Source: Reclinomonas americana ATCC 50394
Taxonomy: Eukaryota
Direction: 5' to 3'
Assembly (NCBI GenBank): GCA_048213135.1
Contig: PS015063.1
Span: forward strand, 106,281 to 170,280
DNA: 64,000 nt
In this document: one piece after another, positions 52,221 through 64,000 of the stretch
How the letters are laid out: each line of letters begins with the position of its first letter
Numbering within the stretch: the first letter of the stretch is position 1
Notes under the pieces: generated by a model
Databases searched by the model: none
Seen by the model: only the letters and a program-made list of their open reading frames with translations
Told to the model about the DNA's origin: nothing
Program-made: the position numbers and the translations under genes

Positions 52221-55200
52221 TCAGTTGGCCATGAAGTCGCCACCTGTGGCGAAGAGGCAACGGCATCAGCAACATGTTCTCACAGAGGACATCGCTCTCA
52301 TTACTCTCTCTGCCTTCTCTCTCTCCAATTCTCGGACCACAACCCTTCGCTCACCCCTCTCGCCCGCGCATTCTTCAGAATAACACTGCCTCAGAACGCA
52401 CTCAATGCCTGCTCTTTTTCTCTCCAACTCTCAGACCACAAACCCTCCATCGCTCACCCCAGTCGCCCGCGCATTCTTCAGAATAATACTGCATCAGAAA
52501 GCACTCGATGACTTCTCACTTTCTCTCCAATTCTCCGACCACAAACCCTTCACTCACCCCTCTCGCCCGAACATTCTTCAGACAAACACTGCATCAGAAC
52601 GCACAAGATGCCTTCTCACTTTCTCCACTCGCTCACCCCTCTTGCCCGAATATTCTTCTGAAAAACACTGCCTCAGAACGCACTCAATGCCTGCTCTTTC
52701 TCTCCAACTCTCAGACCACAAACCCTCCTTCGCACCCCTCTTGCCCGAGCATTCTTCAGACCAACACTGCATCAGATCGCCTTCTCTTCTCTCCAATTCT
52801 CAGACCATAATCTCTCCACCACGAGATGCTCACAGTAAAAGCGCGCACATTCCCCTTCTACTTCCCTTCTCCTCCCTTCCCCCTTCCCCTCCCCTTCTCC
52901 TCCCCTCTCCCCTTCTCCTCCCTCCCCCCTTTCCCCTTTCCCCCTCCGCACCATTAATATCAATGGAGGCCCCATTAATATGCGCCGCACTCTCCGTCGC
53001 CAGAAACCCAATCAACGACGCAATCTCCGCCGGCTGCGCCATGCGACCGGCCGGACACCGCCTCTCCCACGCCGCCAGCGTCTCGGCCGGCAAGAACTTG
53101 CGCAACTCCTAACAAAAAATAAGGGTGAGGAGCGGTCACGAAAGAAACGCAGGCAAGCAAGTTTTCTTTACCGGCGTGTCGACGAGGGACGGGCACACGG
53201 CATTGACGGTGATGCCGTGGCGCGCCTCCATGCACGCCAGTTGCCTGGTGAGACCGAGCAGACCGGCCTTGGAGGCGCTCACGGGGAGGGAGCCTGGCGT
53301 GTCACTCGTGAGGAAAAGCAAAAAAGGGGGAAAAGGTGGAGATGGGGGGTGACGAACCGCCACGGCTGTGGCTCTTGCCGGCCTTGGACGACAGATTAAT
53401 GATGCGTCCCCAGCCGGCCTCGCGCATCTGCGGTGATTTGTGAGGGGAGGCGGGGATGGGGAAAGGGGGAAAACAGGGAGAAGCTTTACGCAACGTACTT
53501 GATCGCAGCGCGGCATGTGTAGAACGAGCCCTGGGGATGGATAGTGAGTGAGGAGACAACGGAGCAGATCATCTTGCTCCTTCTTGTGACTCTTAGATAC
53601 GCGCTCTCTCATCGCGATCCTTCTAGTCCATGCATTTTCACAGACTCTCGGTTGTACCCCAGCGCTCTCACCCGTGCGATCCTCACATTCTGACATTCAG
53701 TCGCTACCAACGGCCCTTTGCACACTGCACTGGTCACAAAGCTCCTACCACTTGTTAACCCGCTGCTCCAGCGCTTCATTCCTCGCCCTGTGGCTGACTG
53801 TTGGTTGCTAACAAAGCCTGTCCACACACGCATCAACCTCGCGCACCCACCTCGCTGTTGTGGCAATGCTCAATTCCTCACACCCGTCACCTACTACGCT
53901 CTTTCACTCACTGCGATGATCATTCATCTCCAACCGCTTGCTAACCGTGTGCAGTCAGCTCACAAGTGCTCGCTTCCTCGTCACTACTTTGCAAAGTGCA
54001 CTCTCAACCTTGTGAATCATTTTTTCGATCCATTCCTGCATCCCCCTTCTCCTCTCACCCCCTTCTCCTCTCTCACCCCTTCTCCTCTCATCCCCCTTCT
54101 CCTCTCAGCCCCTTCTTCTATCATATGACCCCTTCGCCTCTCAACCCCTTCTCCTCTCAACCCCTTCTCCTCTCGACCCCTTCTCCTCTCTACCTTCTCC
54201 TCTCACCCCCTTCTCCTCTCAACCCCCTTCTCCTCTCACCCCTTCTCCTCTCAACCCCTTCTCCTCTCGACCCCTTCTCCTCTCACCCCCTTCTCCTCTC
54301 AACCCCCTTCTCCTCTACTACCCTTCTCCTCTCCCTCCCTCTCTCTCCCTCCTCCCTCTCTCTCCTACTCTCCTACTCTCTCTCTACTCTCCTCTCTCTC
54401 TCTCTCTCTCGNNNNNNNNNNNNNNNNNNNNNNNNNNNNNNNNNNNNNNNNNNNNNNNNNNNNNNNNNNNNNNNNNNNNNNNNNNNNNNNNNNNNNNNNN
54501 NNNNNNNNNNNNNNNNNNNNNNNNNNNNNNNNNNNNNNNNNNNNNNNNNNNNNNNNNNNNNNNNNNNNNNNNNNNNNNNNNNNNNNNNNNNNNNNNNNNN
54601 NNNNNNNNNNNNNNNNNNNNNNNNNNNNNNNNNNNNNNNNNNNNNNNNNNNNNNNNNNNNNNNNNNNNNNNNNNNNNNNNNNNNNNNNNNNNNNNNNNNN
54701 NNNNNNNNNNNNNNNNNNNNNNNNNNNNNNNNNNNNNNNNNNNNNNNNNNNNNNNNNNNNNNNNNNNNNNNNNNNNNNNNNNNNNNNNNNNNNNNNNNNN
54801 NNNNNNNNNNNNNNNNNNNNNNNNNNNNNNNNNNNNNNNNNNNNNNNNNNNNNNNNNNNNNNNNNNNNNNNNNNNNNNNNNNNNNNCTTCTCCTCTCAAC
54901 CCCTTCTCCTCTCATTCCCCTTCTCCTCTCATCCCCTTCTCCTCTCAACCCCTTCTCCTCTCATCCCCTTCTCCTCTCATCCCCCTTCTCCTCTCATCCC
55001 CCTTCTCCTCTCATCCCCTTTTCTCCTCTCAACCCCTTCTCCTCTCAACCCCTTCTCCTCTCACCGCCTTCTCCTCTCACCCCCTTCTCCTCTTAACCCT
55101 TCCCCTCTCAACCCCTTCTCCCCTCGACCCTTCTCCTCTCAACCCCTTCTCCTCTCGACCCCTTCTCCTCTCGACCCCTTTCTCCTCTCACCCCCTTCTC

Positions 55201-55825
55201 CTCTCACCCCCTTCTCCTCTCATCCCCCTTCTCCCCTCATCCGCCTTCTCCTCTCACCGCCTTCTCCTCTCAACCCCTTCCCCTCTCACGCCCTTCTCCT
55301 TTCCCGCCCTCACCGACAAATTGAAATCCATGATCAATCGCCACTCCTCATCCGTCATCTCGCAAATGTCCTTGTTGGGACGCGTTATCGTCGCACAGTT
55401 GACAAGAATGTGCAGCCGACCACCCATATCCTCCGCCGCTCGGGACACCACAATGCGGACCTCCTCCGAGCTCGACACGTTGAGTGGGATGATCGAAATA
55501 CGTTGCGCTGTTGGGGGGGAAGAATGAGACAGAATACAAGAGTTGCTGCTCGTGCGCGCGCGCGCACACACCTCCTGCAGGCGATGGTGGTGCGACGGGC
55601 AGCGAGGCCACGCACGCGCGCAGAGCCGTCTCGTCCACACCCGTCGCCACCACCGACGCACCCATGGCCCACAATTGGTGGACCACCGCGCAACCAATGT
55701 CGCGGGAGCAGCTGCGGCGTGGGAAGGAGATGTGGTGAGCGCGGGTGTGAGGGAAGACAACTGTTGACAGGCAACACGAACCCAGTCACCAGAGCCACGC
55801 GACCGTGGAGAGGTGGGAGCACGGC
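52221..55825 (-). CDS. Short-chain dehydrogenase/reductase (FabG-like fold), atypical; first exon not located
   Basis: LHGRVALVTGCSRDIG, GRLHILVNCAT, EEWRLIMDFNLS-GSFYTCRAA, GWGRIINLSS, SLPVSASKAGLLGLTRQLA, GITVNAVCPSLVDTP, GRMAQPAEIA and HINGASIDINGGDFMAN*. Confidence 0.9.
52300..52810. repeat. Intronic minisatellite, ~100-bp unit, ~5 copies
   Basis: Repeated ctctccaactctcagaccacaaaccc...gcattcttcaga...aacactgcctcagaacgcactcaatgcc. Confidence 0.85.
54040..55290. repeat. Intronic ~15-16-bp polypyrimidine tandem repeat, gap-spanning
   Basis: Dozens of copies of ccccttctcctctca(a/t/c). Confidence 0.9.
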
Positions 55826-57516
55826 CTGAGGGGAGGAGGGAAATCAGCGGAAAGAATAATCAGGACTGGAAGAGCCGGAATTTTGTCTGCGATAAGAATG
55901 CTTCTCATAAACTACGGAGAAGGACAGCTGCTTATAAGACTCTGAATGCAACAGGGAGCTCTGCTGTTGTTCTCTCTCTCTCTCTCTCTCTCGCTGCACA
56001 TCGGTAGCAAACTACTCGCTCGCGACTCTATCAATCTATCAAGATCCAGAATGCGTCGCTGTGCTCATTCCCTAAGCGATCCACGAACGTGCAAGACACC
56101 TTACCGCTCGCAATCACTCCTTTCCTCTCTGAGGATCAGTGCTGCTCCTTGGCAACAAGACAACTCGCTCGAGAATCAAGGGCGCCTCTCGCTCTCTTTT
56201 CCATTCTCTCACGTGAGACTCAATCGACTCGTTCACATGCTCAAGAAGAACGATGCTCTCAGCCCCACGCAATCACCGTCTCTTCAGTCTCAATCCAGCT
56301 CGGAACATCATCGCAAATGATCATTGCAGTGGTTCGCAAGACACCTCAGTCAAGACTCGCAGCGTAGCTTGAGAATCAAGGGCGCCTCTCTCTCTCTCTC
56401 NNNNNNNNNNNNNNNNNNNNNNNNNNNNNNNNNNNNNNNNNNNNNNNNNNNNNNNNNNNNNNNNNNNNNNNNNNNNNNNNNNNNNNNNNNNNNNNNNNNN
56501 NNNNNNNNNNNNNNNNNNNNNNNNNNNNNNNNNNNNNNNNNNNNNNNNNNNNNNNNNNNNNNNNNNNNNNNNNNNNNNNNNNNNNNNNNNNNNNNNNNNN
56601 NNNNNNNNNNNNNNNNNNNNNNNNNNNNNNNNNNNNNNNNNNNNNNNNNNNNNNNNNNNNNNNNNNNNNNNNNNNNNNNNNNNNNNNNNNNNNNNNNNNN
56701 NNNNNNNNNNNNNNNNNNNNNNNNNNNNNNNNNNNNNNNNNNNNNNNNNNNNNNNNNNNNNNNNNNNNNNNNNNNNNNNNNNNNNNNNNNNNNNNNNNNN
56801 NNNNNNNNNNNNNNNNNNNNNNNNNNNNNNNNNNNNNNNNNNNNNNNNNNNNNNNNNNNNNNNNNNNNNNNNNNNNNNNNNNNNNNNNNNNNNNNNNNNN
56901 NNAGAGAGAGAGAGAGAGAGAAGAGAGAAAAGAGGAAAGTAACAAGGAAGTAAACAGAAAGAAAGAAAGGGACGGAAACTTGATCACACAGAGCAACCGA
57001 ACCACTGACTTCACAGACACACACTCTCTCTCTCATCCATTCTCACATGCAGACGAAAAGACGAGCAGACAGAGAGGAAGAAAGAAGCAGCGAGACAAGT
57101 TCACCAAACAGCCCGACTCAAAATGAAATTCGCAATGAACAGTGACCGAATACCGACGACGATGCAGACACAAACGCCGGTACTCTCGTATGCACATACG
57201 ATACCAAACAGACAGAAAGAGAGACACAAAGACTTCTTCGCACTGACTCGCTGACATTCACGTTCTATCTCACACACTCATTCTTTCTCACGGCCAGCAG
57301 ACAGAAAAAGAAAGGAAGATACACAAACAAATTCTTGCCAAAGCCCATGCACACATGCACACACACAAGCACACACAAGCACACACAAGCACACAAACAC
57401 ACAAAGAGAGAGAGAGAGAGAGTTATTGAGACGGACAGGCAGAACAACGGAAAAGAAACATTCTCCTCTCCCTTCCCCCTTCCCCCCCTTCCCCNNNNNN
57501 NNNNNNNNNNNNNNAG

Positions 57517-57557
<41 letters not shown>

Positions 57558-57867
57558 TGAGACAGCGAGAACGGCGTGCGAAGCTAACCGACATATGTAA
57601 GCAATCAGAAATATATCAGCAATCGACTCCCCTCTCTGCTGTCCCCAATGCAATTTGCTGATGCTCATGCGAAAGGCAACGAACGTGCACAAAATGCAAG
57701 CACGGCGGACCGCAAAGAGAACACAGAGCAAGTAAGAGAACAATCGGAAGACAGGCGAGTCTCAGAGAGAGAGAGAGAGATAGACTGACTGAGACACAGA
57801 CAGGCAGACAGACAGACAGACAGAGAGACTCGCTCGCTCGCTCACACACACATGTACATGCAGAGAC

Positions 57868-57898
<31 letters not shown>

Positions 57899-58189
57899 CC
57901 GTGTGTGCTTGCGTGTGTGTGAGTAGAGAGAGGAGAGCAACATGAAGATGCAAGCATAGCGATAATGGCAGCAGAAATCTGGGAGAAGGAGACACATTAA
58001 CACACTCACACACTCACACACACACACATACACGCTCACACATCGACACGGATAGAAAGACGGACAGAGAGAAAAAAGAAACATGTCATTCCTCCCCTCT
58101 TGCCCCCTTCTCCCCTCTCCTTCCCCTTCTCCTTAATTCCCCCTTCCCCCTTTCCCCTCTCCTTCCCCCTTTCCCCCCCTCCTCCTCCT

Positions 58190-60378
58190 CCACCACGCAA
58201 CGACTCCGACGCCACACCATCCACGGGCGGCAGCGCGGGCAAAAAGTGCGGCAAACTCGGCACCGCAGCCGCCGCCGCTGCAGCAGCCGTCGCAGCAGAC
58301 AGCGCGCGCGTCGGCGGCCTACGAATGGGCTCGTCGTCGTCGCCCGACGATTCACTGCTGCTCGCCGAGTCGGTGGTGTCCTGCGCGTCCACATAAAAGG
58401 CCTGCACGATGTAGTAAGTCACTGCCTCGCCAGAAGCAGGCGACATAATCACATACCTGCTCGGACGATTCGTCGGCTTGTGCGTCGGGGGCGGCGGCAC
58501 CTGCAGCGCGACGAACTCGCTTCGGACGACGCAAGCGGAAGCGCGTAATGTCGCTGGGAATCTGCATGGCAGAGAAGAGGGTGAGTGTTTCTGAATGTAC
58601 ACACACTTATGCAAGCAAACAGACACGCAACTCGAGTGCCCATCACACGGCGCTTCTTCTTGGCCGGACCGTCCCCATCGGCGCCATCCGGTGCACTCGA
58701 GTCGCCCTTGCGATCCTCGTCGGGCGAGATGGGACGCTTGGCTGGAGGGAGCGCACAACAATGAGCGGGCAAGATAAAGAGAGAACGAGATGCCAGCGAC
58801 AAACCTTTCTTTGGTGCAGGCCGCCGCTGCTTCTGCGCTGCTCCACCAGCTGCCGCACCAGCCGCCGCAGCAGTCCCCGAGCCGGCTTCTGTGATTGCCG
58901 ACGCGGAATCTGCGTGGAATTAAAGATGAGAGAATGACAACAGAAGGATATGGGAACTTCACACAAACCATCAGCTGGCGGCGCGGCAGAGATTGGCGGT
59001 GTGGAAGGCGAATGAATGTCTGGGGCTGAGCGAGCGGTCCGCAAGCCGAGCATGAATGGGCGCATAATGTCCTGCACGAGTTGCACATGAGCGGAGCGTC
59101 ACACTCTCTCCTGCTGCACGTCTGCGAACACACCTCCGGCGACTGCACACCCAGATTCCGCAGCTCGCGAGCAATGTTGGTTCGGCCGCGTCGAGTGTTG
59201 ACTCCCGGCACAAAAGCACTGAGATTGTCGACCTGGAAATCGCGGCCGAAAATCTCCTCCGCCAGCTCGCTCGGCAGAATCGGTGGAGGCGGGGGCGCGG
59301 GACCGGCTGCCATGCGAGATGCAATGGTTAGAAACGACGCACCCCCCTTTTTCTCGTGCTCTCCCATTACTTACTGTCGGGAATGAGAACGTAGCCACGG
59401 CGCCCTCCCGATCCCGTCGGCGTCGGCACCGAGGGCGTCGCATCTGCCGCCGCCGCCGCCGACGAGCCACCACCACCACTGGCTCCAGTCGCCGTCGACG
59501 CACCTCCGCCCGCCGCAGCCGCAGCAGCATTCTTGTCGATAGGCGGGGAGGTGGGTGACAGCGCACTTGCACCACGTGCAGTCGACTTCTTCGAGCTCTG
59601 CTCGAAAGGTGAGCACGGCATCATCAGGAAAAAACATTACTTCACAGCACCCATCGCAACTTCCGTCGGCGACCCGAGTCCGCCATCGCGTCGCGATGAC
59701 GACGACGGTGTCACTGGTACTGGCGCTCCACCGGCGCTGGAAACAGGAGGCGGAGGGATGGCCAGCGAACCCACAATGCCGGCACTCATCGCATTGGCCG
59801 TCATCACCGACGGACTCCACACCGAGTCCAACGCGAGGCCAGCGGCCGGTGCCGTCAGCAAGTTGGCACTGGCGGCTGCAATGGCCACAGTGGCCGACGC
59901 CGACATGGCCGCAGCGGCGGCGGCGGCGGCGGCTGATGAAGAAGAGGCGGAGTAGGCGGTGGTCGACGACGAGGATGACGAGGATGCCAGGCCGTTGAGG
60001 GCGAAAAAGGCGGCCTGGTTGGAGTTGTTGCTCTGGCGGCCACCGGTGGCGGCGGGGATGCTCATGGGTGGGATGTTGAGGAGACTGCAAAAGGGGAAGG
60101 GGGAGGGGGAGGGGAAGGGTAAGGATAAGGAAAAGGGAAAGGAATTGGGGGAAAGAAAGGGAAAGGAAAAGGGGAAGGAAAAGGGGGAAGGAAAAGGGGG
60201 AATGAAAAGGGGTGAGGTGATGCAAAGAAACTTTCGAGAATGCTACGCTAGAGAAAGTGACCAAATATCAAGAGACACAATTGATGCGCAAACGCCCTCA
60301 AACATACACGTACGGATGCACGAAAGAAACAACGACAAGAGCAACACAAAGACGAGTACACAAGAGAAAATGTGCTCA

Positions 60379-60446
<68 letters not shown>

Positions 60447-62382
60447 CAACGAANNNNNNNNNNNNNNNNNNNNNNNNNNNNNNNNNNNNNNNNCATGAGA
60501 GATGATACAAGAGGAGAAGGAAGAGAAGAGTGGGTACTGACGAACCACGTGGTGAGTTGCGCCAGGTAGGCGGGGCTGTTGAGGGGGAGGCCGGTGGCTG
60601 GAGAGGGGGGACTTTGAGACTGACTGGGCGTGATGATAGGTGCGGAGAGCAACAGACGATTCCAGAAGATTCTAAAACACGAAAAAGTTACAAAGCCATT
60701 GCCCGCCACAAACCTCGCCCAGCCTCCAGTGCCGTCTTGATGACTGCATGATCGGCTTCATTCTCAGCCTGCAGACGCAGTTCAGTGACACCGCGCACAA
60801 TCAACGAAGACAAAGCAGACACACACCCGCAGACGCAAAGGCCAAGCGCCAGCACTGATGTTTTGGCGAACATTACGCGGCGTGCGCTGCATCGCCAGAC
60901 GCACAGACTCGCGAGCCTGCACGCGCAGCGGTTGTGTAAGCAGGCGGGGCAAGACCAAGGTGTCGCCACGGTCACGCAACTGCACGCTTCTTGAACATAA
61001 TGGTCTCCCACTCCTCGCCCAGGCGCTTGTACTCGGTGACGAGTGCACGCGTTTTCTTGGCCTGCAGTCGGCGACGGAACAGCACCACCTGTCGCACACG
61101 CTCGCGCACCAGGGTGTTGTAGTCGAGTCGACTGAGCACGGCCGAGGATTCACCAGTGGGGCCTGCGCGACGCGATGAACATTATTCTCTTTCCCCCAGA
61201 ACATGTAGCGACAAGGAACACAAACCATCGTCTTCATCGTCGTCTGCAGCCGCCAGCGAGGCCTCCTTTGCTCGCTGCTGTGTCTCATGCAGGCACTGCA
61301 GTGCGCGCTTCAACGTCTGCACACATCGAGGTGAGGTGCCTGAGAAAGAGTGAGCGACTGCAGAGACACTCGTGCCGCACCGATGGATCGTCATCATCGA
61401 CGACCGTGTCGCGGTCCATCTCCAGCAGCTTCGGGGCGACAAGCACATGTGCCCACTTGGCGCGCTTGCGGTTCTCGAGGGCCACGGTCTCGGCCCAGCG
61501 CAGGGGGCGCGGTTTCTTGGCTTCGGGGGCGGTGGGCTCCGTCGACACGGAGGTGGCGGTGGTGTTGGAGGAGCTCAGGCCTGGTCGAGGGGGCAAGAAG
61601 GGGGGAAGGGGGGGGAGGGGAAAGGAGGGAAGGGGGTGAATGGGAGAAGGGAGAGATAAGAGGAGAGGGATGGGGAGATGCGGTAAGGCGAGACGGAGAG
61701 AGGTTGTGGATCACGATGACGGGTTACGGGGTCAAGAGCAGGAAGGTGAAGAGGATGTGGCAACAGAACGATGGCGAGGAAGCAAACGTGGATGAGAGGC
61801 GAGGAGNNNNNNNNNNNNNNNNNNNNNNNNNNNNNNNNNNNNNNNNNNNNNNNNNNNNNNNNNNNNNNNNNNNNNNNNNNNNNNNNNNNNNNNNNNNNNN
61901 NNNNNNNNNNNNNNNNNNNNNNNNNNNNNNNNNNNNNNNNNNNNNNNNNNNNNNNNNNNNNNNNNNNNNNNNNNNNNNNNNNNNNNNNNNNNNNNNNNNN
62001 NNNNNNNNNNNNNNNNNNNNNNNNNNNNNNNNNNNNNNNNNNNNNNNNNNNNNNNNNNNNNNNNNNNNNNNNNNNNNNNNNNNNNNNNNNNNNNNNNNNN
62101 NNNNNNNNNNNNNNNNNNNNNNNNNNNNNNNNNNNNNNNNNNNNNNNNNNNNNNNNNNNNNNNNNNNNNNNNNNNNNNNNNNNNNNNNNNNNNNNNNNNN
62201 NNNNNNNNNNNNNNNNNNNNNNNNNNNNNNNNNNNNNNNNNNNNNNNNNNNNNNNNNNNNNNNNNNNNNNNNNNNNNNNNNNNNNNNNNNNNNNNNNNTT
62301 ACATGATGCAAGGAGATGGGAAGACAAAAGATTGGAAATCAGAAAACCCCAGCAACAACAGAAGACGATCTCACTAATTGAG

Positions 62383-62438
<56 letters not shown>

Positions 62439-63473
62439 CGAGAACAGAATCAGCAGAAGGGACCGCTGGACAACCGACCACCCACTTTGATTGCACACCC
62501 CNNNNNNNNNNNNNNNNNNNNNNNNNNNNNNNNNNNNNNNNNNNNNNNNNNNNNNNNNNNNNNNNNNNNNNNNNNNNNNNNNNNNNNNNNNNNNNNNNNN
62601 NNNNNNNNNNNNAATCGACTCACCCGCTGCATCGCCTCCCGCCGCCAACTGCCTCGATTCCTCCTCGGCGCGCGCCAGTCGATCCTTCTCCTGCTGCTCA
62701 CGCTGCCGCTGCGCCTGCAGTCGCCACTCGTGCTGCTCGCGCAGCTGCGAAATCGACTTGCGCATGGCAATCATGTCGACCTCGCTCTTGGTGATGTCGA
62801 GATCGATGCGATCAATGGCCTGCAACAGCTCGTCCTTGGTCGGCAACTGCGGGCGATCCACCAACGGCGGCAGCGGGCCGGTCTCGGCCGTGTCCGCGCC
62901 ACCCGCCGCCGTGCCCGACAGCGGTGGGAGGGATGACGACGAGGAGGCCGACTGCAGCGGAGGTGGAGGCGGCAGCGGTGGTGGTGGGTGGGAGGGAGGT
63001 GGATGCGCGTGCATGTATTGCGGTGACGGCACACTGTCCACCAGGTGGCTCGGCAGTGTCAGCGGCGGCGGTGGGGCCTTGGAGAAGAATGGAGAGCGCC
63101 GAGGTGATGGGGCAGTGGCTTGCGACGAGGCCGGCGTGGTTGGAGGAGGAGGTGGTGGTGCAGAGGCCGAGGCGGGCGACGCCGACGACGGGGACGGCTG
63201 GGAGACGCCGCCGGGTGTCAGTGGTCCGCCGCGTGAGAGGCCAGAGAGAGGGGGTGGTGGGTAGCGCTGCGCGAGGGGGGTAAGAGAGATGGGGGGAAAG
63301 GGAAGAAGAAAGAGGTGGGGAGGGGAGTAGGGAGGCGCAACGTCACGCGAAGGGGGGATGGCAGGTGGTGGTCCACTGCTACCGCGGTACGGACCGGCAT
63401 CACGGGGTGGGGAGTCGACGCGACGGCGTTTCAGCATGGAGCCGTCGTCGCTGCCGCCTCGGGAGTAGGCCAC
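58190..63473 (-). CDS. NCoR/SMRT-like protein (GPS2-interacting-type coiled-coil region) with low-complexity C-terminal exons; both ends uncertain
   Basis: PTKDELLQAIDRIDLDITKSEVDMIAMRKSISQL, AETVALENRKRAKWAH and VRQVVLFRRRLQAKKTRALVTEYKRLGEEWE parallel, from memory and in the same order, NCoR SKEELIQSMDRVDREIAK, QIIYDENRKKAEEAH and KLILFFKRR...RYDQLMEAWE. Confidence 0.62.
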
Positions 63474-64000
63474 CTGGGGGGATCACAAAGGGATGAGAGA
63501 GTGTGGGAAGCATGGAGAAGCAGACATCGAAGTTGAAGAATATTAGATGCGCGAATGAAGGGAGAAGCAAATGAGCGATCGGAGACAGAGGCAATCGTCC
63601 AGGGAGAAGAATATCAGATGCGCGAATGAAAGGAGAAGCAGATAAAGGATCGACGACTGTAAAAGATGGGAAAATGAAACAGCAAAGATCGAGGAATGAC
63701 GATATGCAATGCATCTATACAGCACGCGAGTCAGCGACAGCACAATCGACAGCATGTCAAAGCTCAACTTCCGTGACAAGCTCTCGTGTGTGATTTCCTT
63801 CAAGACGACTGACAAACGATCGACAGCAAGGATCGAGGAATCATGATGTGCAACACAAACAATACAGTCCATGGACGAGTCGGCGACAGCTCGCACAGGA
63901 ATGCGACGAAAGTCAAAGCTCGGCATGAAGGAAATCTCTCTCTGTCTCTCTCTCTCTCATACAAACACGCACGCACGCACGCACAGGATTCCTCTACAAC

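Noticed and set aside
56140-56400. Duplicated gagaatcaagggcgcctctc near a gap
   Set aside because: A short local duplication beside an N-run, with no evidence of function; possibly assembly-related.

Overview
Intron-rich nuclear DNA from a unicellular eukaryote (species not identifiable from this window). It is a gapped draft assembly with long GA/CT microsatellites. I reconstructed gene models by hand from GT-AG boundaries and protein-family motifs, and about 12 spliced genes are supported. In order: a P2C (Na/K-like) P-type ATPase with three degenerate catalytic motifs; a secreted three-repeat protein; a hypothetical protein; an MRM1/SpoU methyltransferase; a PH plus coiled-coil protein; a secreted EGF plus iota-carbonic-anhydrase-like (COG4875/NTF2 fold) fusion bracketed by a direct repeat; a PfkB kinase; a DDA1-like/SAP protein; a ~15 kb Pmp-like beta-helix multi-pass receptor; a minimal SRF-type MADS factor; an SDR lacking the catalytic Tyr; and an NCoR-like protein. 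Three observations stand out. (1) The receptor contains an array of 11 phase-compatible exon pairs, each encoding one beta-helix repeat with a hypervariable segment, which allows combinatorial splicing. (2) About 15 predicted introns use a shifted 5' splice site GTTG(C/A)G(T), i.e. GTG(C/A)GT with one extra T. (3) The ATPase is a candidate pseudo-pump. All exon models are manual predictions without transcript support.
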